Shown: positions 26,521-39,341 of the stretch, piece after piece | Layout of the letters: every line of letters starts with the position of its first letter | How positions within the stretch are numbered: position 1 is the stretch's first letter | Assembly: GCA_030704615.1 (NCBI GenBank) | Contig: CM060732.1 | Coordinates: 43,338,001-43,402,000 of the forward strand | Origin: Takakia lepidozioides | Taxonomy: Eukaryota; Plantae; Bryophyta | Length of the DNA stretch: 64,000 nucleotides | Direction: 5' to 3' | Position numbers and translations under genes: made by a program | The notes under the pieces: model-generated | What the model was told of the DNA's origin: nothing | What the model saw: the letters and a program-made list of their open reading frames with translations, nothing else | The model's database searches: none

Positions 26521-29500
26521 TGACATGAGGCGTCCAGCTCGCTGACGAGGCTGCCGGAGGGGGGGGGGGTCCCAGGATGTACCTTGTGGGCCGTACCCGT
26601 CAGCTCACACTCTTGCAATAAAATCAAGCCACATCCATATTGGGACCGGAGGGAAACAACAATCTCCTCAATCAATATTTTCTCCGCCAATAGAGACATG
26701 TTTTGTGAATAGAGGTCCTAGCTAAAGGAAGAAATGTTTCCGATACGATGAGGTGCCAACATGCCTCATGGGCACATCCCAATGGGAAGAAAGAGAATAT
26801 GGTAGCAGGATTCGAACCCATAATCACATGGATGGCCTTCAGTGCATATCCAACTAACCTACCAACGTGTGGCCAGACATTGATATCTCTCAATATTTTT
26901 AGAGGGTGCAAGTGAACTTATGGAAGTCTTAAAAACTGACTTTTTACCAAAACAAGTGCAAATTACGGCATCACTTCACCTAGGTTGGATTGTGTGCATA
27001 CCGAGCATAAAAGAATATTCTTTATAGTTTAGGAGCATCCAAATTATATGCTATGGCAAAACAAAAATGTGCTCATGTCTGAATTTTTTTGCAAAATAGT
27101 TATTGTTGAAGTAATATGACTATTCTGTTTAAGACTCACTCTCATGTGTCTGAGGCTTGGTAGGTACTGGGGGAAGCTCTTTGCAGATGTAGCCAAAGAA
27201 GATTGCTCTGCCACTCCACCTTTCAGATATTTCGTCGATTCAAGCGTTCAGTGAGTCATGACGGCTCTATTTCAACCTATGGCAGTAACCTTGTTGCTTG
27301 CCAACTAACTACCCTATCCTACCATCTCTGCTAATCTACCCTACGATCTGATATGATAACAAGCAGACAGTCATCATCTGAAAGCTTCTTGCTCTATACA
27401 TTTCACTCCTTTGCCTCCTTATTTACAGATAACCTGTACCACTGTCCACAAGCCAACGCCCTCATGCTGGCGATTGCATCAATCAACATGTGGTCAAGTC
27501 AGTAGTAATCATCGCTGCGCCGTAATCTGGCAGCAATTGCTTCTCCCACAAGTGCAGCTTTCAATAATCGCACATGAATGCAATGGCGGCAGTATCAGTT
27601 TGCACTCCCTACCTCTGGCAAGATGCTCGTCGTGATGGGCTGCTCCATCACTTTAACTAGCCTTTGATTGTGCCAACAACCCACCTTTCTATTCCCTGTC
27701 AGCAGGCCGTTTCCCTTGCAAGTTCATCCTCCCTGTCATCGTGGTCATGAGAAGTAACGACGGCACTGCCACCCCTCCACCGAGCTGCTTTCCCCGCAAC
27801 TCCTACATCTTCAGAGGTCAAATCACAGGGCAGCACCGCCTCAATGCCTCATTACTTCTGTCAGTAGCACATGATATTACTTGCCCTTCATGAATTGTCC
27901 TGCAGCACTCCCTCTCTTCAAAACTATGAAACGATACTGCACCGCCTCCCTTCACCTGGCTTGAGCAAAATTACCTAGCTGTTCCCTGCACGATTATCCT
28001 CCAGCAAGCCCTAAGCTCCTCGACCCGTGTTTCTATGGTAATCACCAGACATGAAAGCCATTCATCCTATGGATGAAAAAGGCACATTTCATGACTTAGC
28101 CACATTTTGCTGGCAGCGCAATAGCATATTGTGCCCATGGAATTAACTATAGGCATGGATACTTCCCTCCTTGTTATTAGCACCAGGGCTCTCCCTTTGT
28201 AGTAATGCCGAATCCTGATGCCAAACAAAACTTCACCGTTACTCCCCTGCATTCACACTACACCACCTATAGCCCAATCCTATGATTGGTAAAGGATGCA
28301 ACTGTGGTGTAGGGCCGTTGAATGAAGCACGCACCCTGTCACACACCATGCACCTAGCCACAAACTGTTGCACCTTTGTATGCATACCACGCCACCAATA
28401 CTGCCCCTGCAGTAAACTGTGAGTGCGTCGCACTCCAAAATGCCCCAACTCCCATGGGCATGCCGCACTAACCGTGCACGCTGTGTGGGGTGAGGCACAA
28501 TCCTCACCCAACCATCCTCCCACACTCAATGTAGGTGTATCCCCTCCCACTTGAACCTCTTGGCTTGTTGCAGGATCCAATCCCTCTCCCTGGCAGTCAC
28601 AGTGGCTGTCGTGTCTCCCGTGCGGATGTAGTCCAACACAGCCGAATCCTCATGTATATCTCTGGCACCACCTGGCTCATCACTAGCCTCAGGGTCCTCA
28701 GACACTTTGTCTACAGTCATCCCTTTTGTAGGTCCAACCTGATCTTCCAATGCTAAGATACACAAAAATGCAGATGTGTGCCATCTCGGCACCATCTCCT
28801 CGTCCGTCTCACCATGCCACCGAGCTCCAGTGTCATCTTGCTGGCTCGTGCATGGATTGCGACTCAATCCATCCGCATCCCGATTGACCAAACCTGGTCG
28901 ATGATGCACAACCTGAAAGTCATATTCCTGGAGTACGAGTGCCTACCGTGCAAGCTTCCCCGTAAGCTTGTCTGACTCCATCAACCACTTAAGTGGCTGG
29001 TGATCCGTGACAAGGGTGAAAAGATTGCCGTATAGATAGCACCTGAAGTGTGCCACGGCCCACACTGCAGCTAAGCACTCTCCCTCATATGAGCTGTACT
29101 TAGCCTCTGCAGCGTTGTTCGAGCGGCTAGCATAAGCCACTACAAACTTTCTTCCCTCATCATCCACCTGTGTGAGCACCGCTCCAAGCCCCAGCATGCT
29201 CCAATCCATATGCAGCTGAAAGGGACGCCCCCTGATAGGTCGTCTCAGGATAGGCGCCGAGATCAACTCGCCTTGAGCTCTTGAAAAGCTCGTTCCTGCT
29301 CATCTTCCCACTGCCCACTCCTGGTCCACCTTGGTCAGCTTGGTTAGAGCCTTTGCAATGGTATTAAATCCCTTGACAAACCGTCTATAATAGTTTGCCA
29401 ACCCCATGAAAGCTCAAACTCGGCTCACATCCGTGGGACGTGGAATTTGTGCAATGCCTCTACCTTAGTCTGCTGTACCCCCAATCCTCCAGGATAATCA

Positions 29501-30639
29501 TGTGACCCAGATACTCAATCTGGTTGTGGAAAAACTTGCACTCCCCGGATGCAACTTCAATCCGTGCGCTCTCAAGCGCTCCAATACCACCTGAAGTGTC
29601 TCTCATGCTCCTCCACCGTAACACTAAAGATGATGATATCATCTATGTAGCACCGAGCAAAGTCCACCCCTGCTAGAATCCTATCCATAACTCTCTGAAA
29701 CTCTGCAGGAGCATTCTTAAGCCCAAATGGTAAGAACCGCCTACTGATATAGGCAATCCTTGCCGTGCTCATTGATCCCCCAGAATGCCGTCTTCTTTTG
29801 CTTGTCCGCCTCCTTGATTGGCAACTGGTGATATCCGGATCGTAAATCCAAAGTGCTAAAGACCTTAGCATGCCCAAATGGCATCAAAGATCTCCTCTGG
29901 TATTGACTGGCATACTTATCGGACTTGGTCTGACAATTTACAGGCCGGTAATCACCGCACATACGTCTCTCCGTCCAATTGCCATAGACATCCTTCTTGG
30001 CTGGCATCAATGTGCTGAAGCATACTCTCCACCAAAGAGCTCCACCAAACCTGCCTCCCAGAGATCTTGAGTCCTCATCTGAATAAAGACCTCTCATGTC
30101 ACTGTATCTATAGGGTCTCCGAAAGATTGGCGTGTCAGTGGCCAACTCAATACGGATCTCTTGACCCTTCAGTGCTCCCAAGTCCTTCAAACTGAAGGCA
30201 AAGCAATTCCTGTAAGCCCTTAGGAACCGCCGTATACGTTGTCTCTCTTCTCCGGTGACAATGGGTCCAATGTCAGGCTCCCAATTGTCCTCCGTAACTG
30301 CAACCTTAAGTCCAGTGGGCTTAGAGGGGAGAGACGCGTCCAGTGGTTGCTATGTTGCAATCTCTTGAGCAGTACTCCCTACCTGTTAGTCATGACAAGG
30401 CCTCATCCTGCCCATCATCTCATCCTCAAGGACTTCCTCCACCTGAGAAAATCCCCAACCTCATCTATCACCGCCACCTTGGCTGCCAACTCCATCTAAA
30501 AACTCGAGCACATCCCACGTGTGCCATGGATGTCTGCACCCCGTGGTCCTCACATGCTCGCCCCCACTCACTGCCTGTACCATCTCGGTAGGCAGAGAGA
30601 CAATCAAGGGAAGTGTACTCCGCACTCTACGTTGCTCAT

Positions 30640-31250
30640 CCATTGCCAAGCTGATAATCCAGTCAAGCAATTGAGATCCATTGCTTGCCCCAACACCTGA
30701 CGACGTGATGCCTCAGAAAGAGACGACACCGTCGTCGTACCAGTGGTATAACCCATTGCCCGCTCACGCTCGTCAGCATTAGGCTCCACTAACTGCTGCA
30801 ACTGAGTATCCCACAAGAGGCCAGGTCCACTATCCGGAAAGCATGCGATGCTGGGAAGGAGCAATGTAGGTAATGCTGCTCGTGGTTGACCCACCTTGTT
30901 GACCACTGCCAAAGGCGAACGGTCATCTCGTGTCTCTCACGTTGAGACTGCCTCCCTGTGTCCCAGAATGGCTTCCACTGTGAGATATGTTGGCCGCTCA
31001 AAAAAAAAAAGAACCCCATCCATGCCTCTTGAGCGGTGCGGGTGACATCAAGTTAGTCCACCACCATACCGGCAACAAACTCAGGTAACCGCTGTTGCAC
31101 CAACTGAGCACATGACGAAGTGAACGCGTCCTTCAGTCTCATCCCTCTCTACATACAGGTAACGCCGAACTCGTACACTTGTCTGTAACACAGCAGCCAA
31201 TCCGGTGCTGATCCTGCCAAACAAGTCCAGAAGACAAATGCCTTCATCCG
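30640..31250 (-). pseudogene. C5-cytosine DNA methyltransferase domain inside Ty3 pol (motifs I, II, IX-X; central part deleted)
   Basis: The minus strand reads EGICLLDLFGRISTGLAAVLQTSVRVRRYLYVERD (motifs I/II) and EPNADERERAMGYTTGTT...SRRQVLGQAMD (motifs IX/X). Confidence 0.75.
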
Positions 31251-34200
31251 GATGCTACTGCCACACAATAGGTGTGGTGTCCAATGGAGACAATTGAGGT
31301 GGTCCGGTGCGATCCCCGCACTCTCCTCCTCTTCTCACGTACAGAGCCTTCCACCCAGGCTTGTTGCCCCGTCGATCAGCATCCCCGCTGCAAATCCTTG
31401 TTCGTGCCCCACATGGAGTCTGAGCAACCATGGTAGGCAACTCCGCCATACCATACATGTCATCTTGCTCTCCCGGAAGTGGCACATCCTCTGAATGAGC
31501 GTTGTCCTCAAGCAACTCTCCAGGCCAACTCACTACCGCTGTGAATGCTGCTAGTGTCGCATTTTGCCTCACGGGCACCCACAACTCCTCCTATGAAACG
31601 TCACAGGGAGCGGCACACGCCGGCCCTCCCCTGACTGCCATCCAGGCCTATAGGAAGCTGACTCCTCCCAAAAATCCAGGGTGAACCCATGGGGTACAAT
31701 ACTGCCCCACCAACCAGGACATCGTACGAGACCGCGTCTATCACAATGGTCTAGGCTCGCATCACTGAGCCATCTGTAGAGTGATCCGGCCGTAGTCTGA
31801 TACCAACTCAACTCACGCCGTGTCATGCCTTGAGCCTGCTCCGATCCTCCCAAAGACGTCTGTATCTGGAAAGGACAAGGCTCCATATCCGCCTCTGTGA
31901 GGCCCAAGCCTGCAATAGCAGCTCTGCCCAGCATCAATGGCTTAGCTCTTGAGTCCAACAAGACCCGCAGTGGCCGGTACCCTCTTGCCTGCCGGTCCAC
32001 TCAAACAGAAAATTTCATCCTGGTTGTCTAACATGACAACTCCAGGTGTCACCATGGCGCGCTCAATGGCTGGCCTAGCTAGCAGCTCCATCAATTTAGC
32101 AGCTGCAGCTTGCCATGGCGCCGCCGTAGCATCTTGACCCTCACATCCGAGGATCCCTCCGGCACTACACCTCCCATTATCTCCTCCGCAAGAAGATGAA
32201 TAACCTCCCCACTCTCACAGAGTGTAGCTGCCAGCCTGAACACCTCAGCTGGTTTTACCCCCCCGACGTCGCAATCATGGTAGCGAGAACAATGGAGCCT
32301 GGCACACAGCTGTGGCCGCCCCTATCCTGCTGCCGTAGCCCTGGCAACACTAGGTAGTGGTGCTGCCCGTGTAGCTCTCCCCAATGGCTAGTAACCTCCG
32401 CCTCGGTAAAAGTCGGGCGAGAACTAGGTGCCATGGATGGCGTCGACACTGTCTCCGCCAATGTGAATGACTGAGGAAGCCTAGCCTGACGGCTTGCCTC
32501 CCCACGCTGTGGATCCAACTCCACCTCTGCACCTCGTGGCTCAGGAACTCGTGCGCTCCTCGAGTCACTACCGCAGACACTACGCAGCTACTCCCTTGCA
32601 CTAGTGTAGTCCTGCCCGCACATAGTGGTAGTGTAGTGGCACCCTCACTAGTGGTAGTGCTGCCCCCCGCACATGAATCCCATGCCTCCCAAGTCTCCTC
32701 CTTCAGGGCAGGAGTGGAGGACCATCCGGCCAGCCTTGGAGCCGGTACCACCTGAGCTGTGGCCATGCAGCGCGCCTCTGCTCTAGCTGCTGAGCCGGTT
32801 GGCCATGCCTTGGTCACCACCCTGACCTCCGCGTCCTTGGCCTGTTGAGCTTGCCATTGGCCTGCACCTTGTGCCTGGCCACCTCGTCCTCTCTGGGCCG
32901 CTCCACCTCGCCCCCGGCCACCATTGTTCCGTTGGAACTGGCCTGGGCGCAACTCAGGATGCAAACCATAGCACTGGGCTTCTCCATGCCCGTACTTGCC
33001 ACAATGCCCACACTGCAATTGTGCAGGCTGTGCATGTGCCGACCCTTTGCCTCCCTCTGGGCAATCCTTCTTGACATGGGGTCCTCCACATGTCCAACAC
33101 ACCACATCCGCCCGTTGTTGGCCAGCAAATGAAGGGAGAGACCCCTGCATCTGAGGTCCTCTCTGCCCTTCCCTGAGCTTCACTTGAGCCCCCTTGTTGC
33201 CTTGAGCACGTTGAGGTAGTGGTTGGCTAGGAGCACCACTACCACCGTGGTGTCTCCTTAGCAAATCCCACCATGACCACTCGTTCCTCCACCATGTTGA
33301 GCTCTATCCGCTCTGCAAAAACACATTTGCTAAGGTGGGTTGGGCCGGTTGTAGGAGAGTTGCATCCCGCACCCTTCTCTTCAGCTCCTTGTCCAATATC
33401 CCATACCAGAATTTGACTACCTGGGCTTCCGTAACCCCTTGGGTTACATTTATCAAGCGCCTCATGCGAGTGAAAGTTTCCCTCAAGCTCTCGGTCGGCT
33501 TCCATTGGAACTCTTGCAAGCTCTGTAACTTCTCTGTCCTCACCCCTTGGTAGTTCCCTCTCAACTCTTCGAAAAACTCCACAACAGGGTTGAAGGTAGG
33601 CACGGGTACTGGTGTTGGTGTGGTAGTGGCTTTTGGTGGACGTCGTAGCTACGGTACCACCAGTCCTACAGTCCCACTGCTACTTGCTGAAGCTGCCGGT
33701 GCAGCGGCAGGTGTAGCCACTCCCTCGTGGCTCTAGTGCCCCTAGTGATGGAGACATAGTCGGGTGACCAATACATCCTCCACTCCTTGATCTCAACCTC
33801 ATGCCCCCGCCTGAACTCATGGTAATCATCCATAGGCGGCCCCTCAAGGTGCTTAAATAGCCCCTTCCATGCCATGAAAGGCGTAAATAGTTGTGGATTG
33901 CGCAATTGCTGCAAATCACACCAACTATCAAACTCTTGGATAAAATCATCCAACTCGATGGTGACCACCGCCCCATAGTACCTTCGTGGCCCCTTGGTAG
34001 CTCCATACATCTCCTCCACTGTGTCCCACAACAATGGCAAGGAAACAACTTGCACACCGCCGGTATGAGTCCTCCTGATTCACAATCCGAATCCGAACCT
34101 TCCGTAGAAGACACAGGGGGTGAAGGTGGCCTAAACCACACACCTCGTCTCGTGTACCCACTAATATCGCTAGTGCTCAAACCTGCACTGTCCCCAGCAA

Positions 34201-34929
34201 CTAGTGGCACCTCCGTGTTGAAACTCAACCAGTCATGAACATGTCCCTAACCCCCTCTCCACAAGGCAGCCGGGTAAAGAACCTGTTGCGGCTTATGGTT
34301 TGGAATACTAAGTTCTTAACATAGCCTACACCTGTACTTGCATCCACCGCAAGCACTCCTATGGTTTGTTGGTCATCACCTCCAACCTCACCACAGGAGA
34401 TACAATGATGGTCTGGCTGGTCATCACCCCCCCCCCCACCATCGACAGCATGCTCTAGGACTGGCCGGTGATCAAATCCGGACCAATCACCTATAAAAAC
34501 AAGCGCCCACACAAAACTAGCATGGTGCACAGTCAAGCATGCAGGTATGGAGGGGATCCAAACACAAAAAATCAGAACGACAACTCCCCCACACCAAAAA
34601 CAACTCCACGGTGTTGCTCCTGCAAGGACACCCCAGCCCAAACCCGGACTGACTCTTGCCTCCACCTACGGAAAGGTCTTGGCCTAATGAGAGGGTGGAA
34701 ACTACAAGGAAGAGAAGCTAAAGCAATGCCTAACCCCAGCATGCCCTCATCCCAACACTCTTCTCCTCCTCCTCTCTTCCCTCACTTGCATGACCATGGG
34801 AATATCATGAAGATACTCCTCAAACCGCCCTCCACGAGCTTCAAAATTTGGCCTTCAAGACCACATGCCAGTCCTTAGGCAGTCCACCAGTGCCTCCACG
34901 AGTCAGCACAGGCCGTCCATAGGTCAACA

Positions 34930-35880
34930 CGGGCCACCACACACCAGCACAGGCCCACACAGATCACTGGTTACAGCCGTCACAACCCATCACAACCCCA
35001 AAGGCCACAGGCAGGCACAGCCTGTCACAGCACCTACAGGTCACAGGGTCACAGCCCCAAGGCCATAGCCTGTCACAACACCAAGCCCCTCACAGCCCCA
35101 CAGGCCCCAGGCACCCCTGTCCCAGCCCGTCACAGCCTGTCAACAGCCTCTCACAGCCCGTCACAGCCCCACAGGCCACATGGCACAGCCTGTCACAGCC
35201 TACAAGGTCACAGGGGTCACATCCCCAAAGGCCGCAGCCCCTCACAGCCCCGTCACGCCCCATAGGCCACGGGCACAAACAACCACAGCCTGTCACAGCC
35301 CCTCATAGCCCATCACAGCGTGTCCACAGCCCATCACAGCCCACAGGCCACAGCCCACCACAACCTGTCACAGCCCGTCACAGCCCCACAGGCCACAGGC
35401 ACAGCCTGCCACACACAAAGCCCATCACAGCCTGTCAACAGCCCGTCACAGCCCCACAGGCCACAGGGCACAGCCTGTCACAGCCCCTCATAGCCCGTCA
35501 CAGCCCCACAGGCCACAGGGCACAACCTGTCACAGCCCCTCACACACAGCCCCACAAGCCCCACAGGCCACAGGGCACAGCCTTCACAGAGCCCCCCCTC
35601 ACAGCCCGTCACAGCCCCCACAGGCCATTGGGCACAGCCCGTCACAGCTCGCCACAGGCCTGTCACAGCCCCCTCATAGCCCGTTACAGCAAGCCCCACA
35701 GGCCACAGGGCACAGCCTGTCACACCCAGCCCCTCACAGCCCGTCACACCCCACATGCCACAGGGCACAGCCTGTCACAAGCCCCTCTTAGCCCATCACA
35801 ACCCCACAGGCCACTGGGCACAACCCGTCACAGCCCCCACAGGCCACAGGGCACAGCCTGTCACAGCCCCACATGCCACT
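34930..35880. repeat. Low-complexity tandem array of CACAGCC / CACAGGCCACAGGGCACAGCCTGT units in the Ty3 LTR/leader
   Basis: Direct reading. Confidence 0.9.
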
Positions 35881-36299
35881 CATGACAGTTTAGCCATTTC
35901 TCCAAGGGATTTAGCCACGCCAAGCTAGGGTTTGTGTCTCTTGGACTCTAGGCTTCTTTGCACCGAGCTATGGCGGCTGTGAAGAAATCAGCAAGGTATT
36001 CTTGCTCTTTTCGGCTCCCACACACCACCAATAGTAGCCTAAGCCATGAGGAAGATGGTTGCCACAAACCAGCCTTCTTTCTCACTTAGACTCCCCAAAC
36101 ACGCCACTAAACTCAATGGCAAACAACCAAGCCTTGCTGGTTTCCAGCCCTTGTGAGCACTCATTCAAGCGTTTCTCTTGCCATAGAATCTGTTTAGAGC
36201 CTATTCCAGCCCCTACACCTGCCACTTCAAGAGCCATGCTCTATCTAGCTTGAGGTTGAAACCCCAACTCAGAACACGCTCTACAAGTGTCGGACTGTC

Positions 36300-36730
36300 A
36301 CATAAAGCAGATCAGCCCCTTACCTTCTCTTCTAGTTCTCTAAAGCTTGAAAACAAAAAGCCCAATGGACTGAAGGCATGCTCCACACATGCCCCACTCT
36401 CACCACCAGAGAATCAGCCCCTTTGTTTTCTTTCTTGCACCCCAACCTGAAAATACACGCTTCAGCGGGCTGGAAGCATGCTCCACACATGCCCTACAGG
36501 GAAACCAGCCCCTTCCTTCCTTTCTTGCACTCCCAAACCTGAAAGTACAAGCCTTCATCAGGCTGAAAGCAAGCTCCACACATGCATTGCTCTCACATAG
36601 GGAAGTCAGCCCTTCCCTCTCCTTGCTTGCCTTCCAAGCTTGAAGATGGAAGCTTCAATGAGCTGAATACATGCTCCACACATGCAACCTCTTCACACAA
36701 GAGGTATCAGCCCCCTATCTTGGCTCCTTA
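36300..36730. repeat. About 4 imperfect tandem copies (about 100 bp) containing GCTCCACACATGC...CAGCCC in the Ty3 LTR
   Basis: Motif at about 36380, 36480, 36575 and 36675. Confidence 0.7.
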
Positions 36731-37624
36731 GCTCCTTGATGCTCTCTAAGACAAGACTAAGCACTCCACAGCCCTTTGCCAAGCTCCTGAAACCCTAAGG
36801 CTTACATTTCCAGCCACAAGACACTCCTCTTGTGGTGCAAGAGCTCTTCTTCCAAGCTCTGAAACCCTAGGTGCACATTCCATGGCCTTGCCACACCTCT
36901 TAGCTCCTGCTCTAGCCCTGCTCTTGCCATGACAAGAGCCCTCTCAATGCTGAAGCTCGAGATTGAAACCCAATCTCAACATACTCCACAAAGTGCACTG
37001 ATTTGCCCCAAGCCAAATCAGCCCTTTCGCTTGTCTTGGCACAGCATGGTGCTTTCATCTCTGAAGCTGAAGATCGAATGCCCAAGGTCTACCACCTCAT
37101 AACCCACATCGCCTCCACTTCTAACAACCAAGTGCTCCACGGTGCTCCTTGCATAACAACCTGATTTCTCTCATTCTCAAGCAAAAAACACAAGTGCTAC
37201 AACTAACTCGTATCTGGCACTCACAGATACGAGCTCATCTTTCTCGAGTGATAAAGAATAAGAATACAAGCACGAGCTCATGCGAGCTCACAAAGCTGAA
37301 GCATAAACTCATGCATAATACCTCATCACTCAAACAAAGTCAAGCCAAGTGCACCCCACGCCATGGGGAATCCACACTACGGCGCCATAGCTAGGCACGG
37401 TGAGGCTCAACTCGAGAAAGATGAGCCCCCCGCGCTTGTCGTGAAGATAACCACTCCAGGGCCTAAATCTGCCTTGACCCCTGGATTGACACTTGGGCCA
37501 ATCCCAAATGTCAATATGTAAAAGCTAGCTATTTCCTAGCTAGTTTCACACTAGTGGTAAAATAACTTGACAGTCCTTTACTCAATATTCTAAAACTCTA
37601 ATTCTATCATTCTGTCTCTTGCAG

Positions 37625-38110
37625 GTGCTTATTACCATGCTTGCAAGGCAGGTGGCAGGCACTTGTTTGGTATGGAAGGAGATGCAGATATTTTCATTGG
37701 CCTACTCGCCGAGTTGCAAGGGGGCTCGTCTACCTCCAGTGTGAAGGATGTCACTGCGCAAATTGATATCCTCGACGGAGACGACAATGACCTGGACAAT
37801 GACTTTTCATGTGAGTAAGTTCATTTTCTGTCTATTTCATCCCTGTGTATATCCTCTGTCGCTTCCCCTTCTATTGTCTAATTATTACCGAAATGGTGCA
37901 TTTCTGATTGCAGGAATGTCAACGCAATCCCGTTGCCCCTGTCTTCCATATACTTGAGGGACTTGTGCTGGAGCCCACCTCCTATTTATGTCCTTCCCGA
38001 CTACGCGGAAGGCATTGCTCGTGTGCATACAACTGTGCTTTCTTCCCCACCCTTGCGTTGGAGTTCCAGGAAGACGCTCAGGCACCTCTACGCAAAGGTC
38101 TTTATAGATG
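37625..38110 (+). pseudogene. 3' exons of a third copy of the ParB-MTase cargo gene; host of the 14.9-kb insertion
   Basis: AG|GT GCT...: GAYYHACKAGGRHLFGMEGDADIF...DNDFSCE, then a terminal exon with YVLPDYA. Parallels 14400-14830 and 50089-50520. Confidence 0.75.
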
Positions 38111-39341
38111 ATAGTGTCGCAGTTTCAGGTGGTAGCAGTACTCCTAGCAGTTCAGCAGATTTAGGTGGTAGCATTAGCAGTGTTGACACCACCTACGGAT
38201 GTACTTGAGGGCATTCATTTATGGAACATGAGGGGACACACTCTCCGTTTTCCGTTGCACCACCATTTCTCTTCCCACCATCCGTTGTAATGAGCACGGA
38301 CTACAATGAAATTCACATCCCGTCATTGAAACATTCTCTCCCCCGCGTCCTGCGAATTTGAAAGTGTTTTCCTTCTAAACATTGCTCTCCAATTCAACCG
38401 TGTGCATTCAATAAAAGTTTTTCAACAGAGATGAATATGTGCATAGTCCAATAGACAGTCATTCGACATATTCCATCACACCAATATTTGGGAGGTTTAC
38501 TATTTCATGAGCAGAAACCATGAGCCATGAGCCATGAGCCGCATGAGCCGCATGAGCGGTGAGCCGAAGTCTAAGATACGCGGATTTCATGAGCGGACTC
38601 CTCCAAATTTGGAAATGCGGCAGATTAAACAAGTATTAAAATAATAGTTTTTTATTTGACCTTGCCGTTTTTGGACGTTCCAGATCATGTAATGCGGCGA
38701 AGATATGTCGTCAGTAACAAGTCCGCTCATGGTTTTATAGATCCGCTCATGGAAATAAGTGACCGTGCAACGGGAAATCCAGTATACCACTGCAAAAGGA
38801 CGTCGCATACTGGCCTGTATAGAGTATTCCGCGGTTTTACATGCCTTAACATTGGAATGAAGCTGACCCTTTTGCCGCGATTGAACCAATGGAGTCTGCA
38901 CCAATACAGTCTGCAGTACTTCACAATTTTGTCTTCTTCGGGTATTCGGCGGGAAAGGTTTGCAACTGAACTGGGAAATAGGGTGCCGCATTAGGGTTCG
39001 CACGTGCGAAATTTCGGAGCGGTTTGGTGTTGGCGAAGGCCGCCTCTGGGGGTACCTACGACGATACTTGGAAATTCGGCGCCGCATTTCCTTGTCGGAG
39101 GTCGAATGAGGAGAGCAAGTTTTCGGAAAGCAGAAAAACATGAACCCTCCAACATACAAAATACATGCACGTGGAAACAAGTGAACGATATAGTAATATC
39201 TTAGTTCGATCAAAACAGGTTACTGGTAGGCAAGACATATGTCGGACCTTTCTGTGGCCAGAGTCTGAGGTACTAGCAGCAGTACAGTTCTACTATCCGA
39301 AAAGGATGGGCGTACCATTGTATGTGGACCGCAAGCCAAGC

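Larger units (their letters stand above)
28260..37572 (-). mobile_element. Ty3/Gypsy LTR retrotransposon (degenerate, truncated in integrase) with an embedded C5 DNA-methyltransferase domain
   Basis: LTR starts TGTCAAGTTA at 37572. Gag has two zinc knuckles (CWTCGGPHVKKDC, CGHCGKYGHGEAQC, about 32950-33110). Protease VLLDS at about 31960. MTase at 30640-31250. RT with LPFGLKNAPA and YIDD at about 29640. RNase H at 28940-29270. Integrase HHCC at 28280-28500. Confidence 0.93.

Noticed and set aside
25206-26528. Extensin-like Pro/Gly-rich ORFs
   Set aside because: They are a consequence of the G-rich repeat, with no consistent frame.
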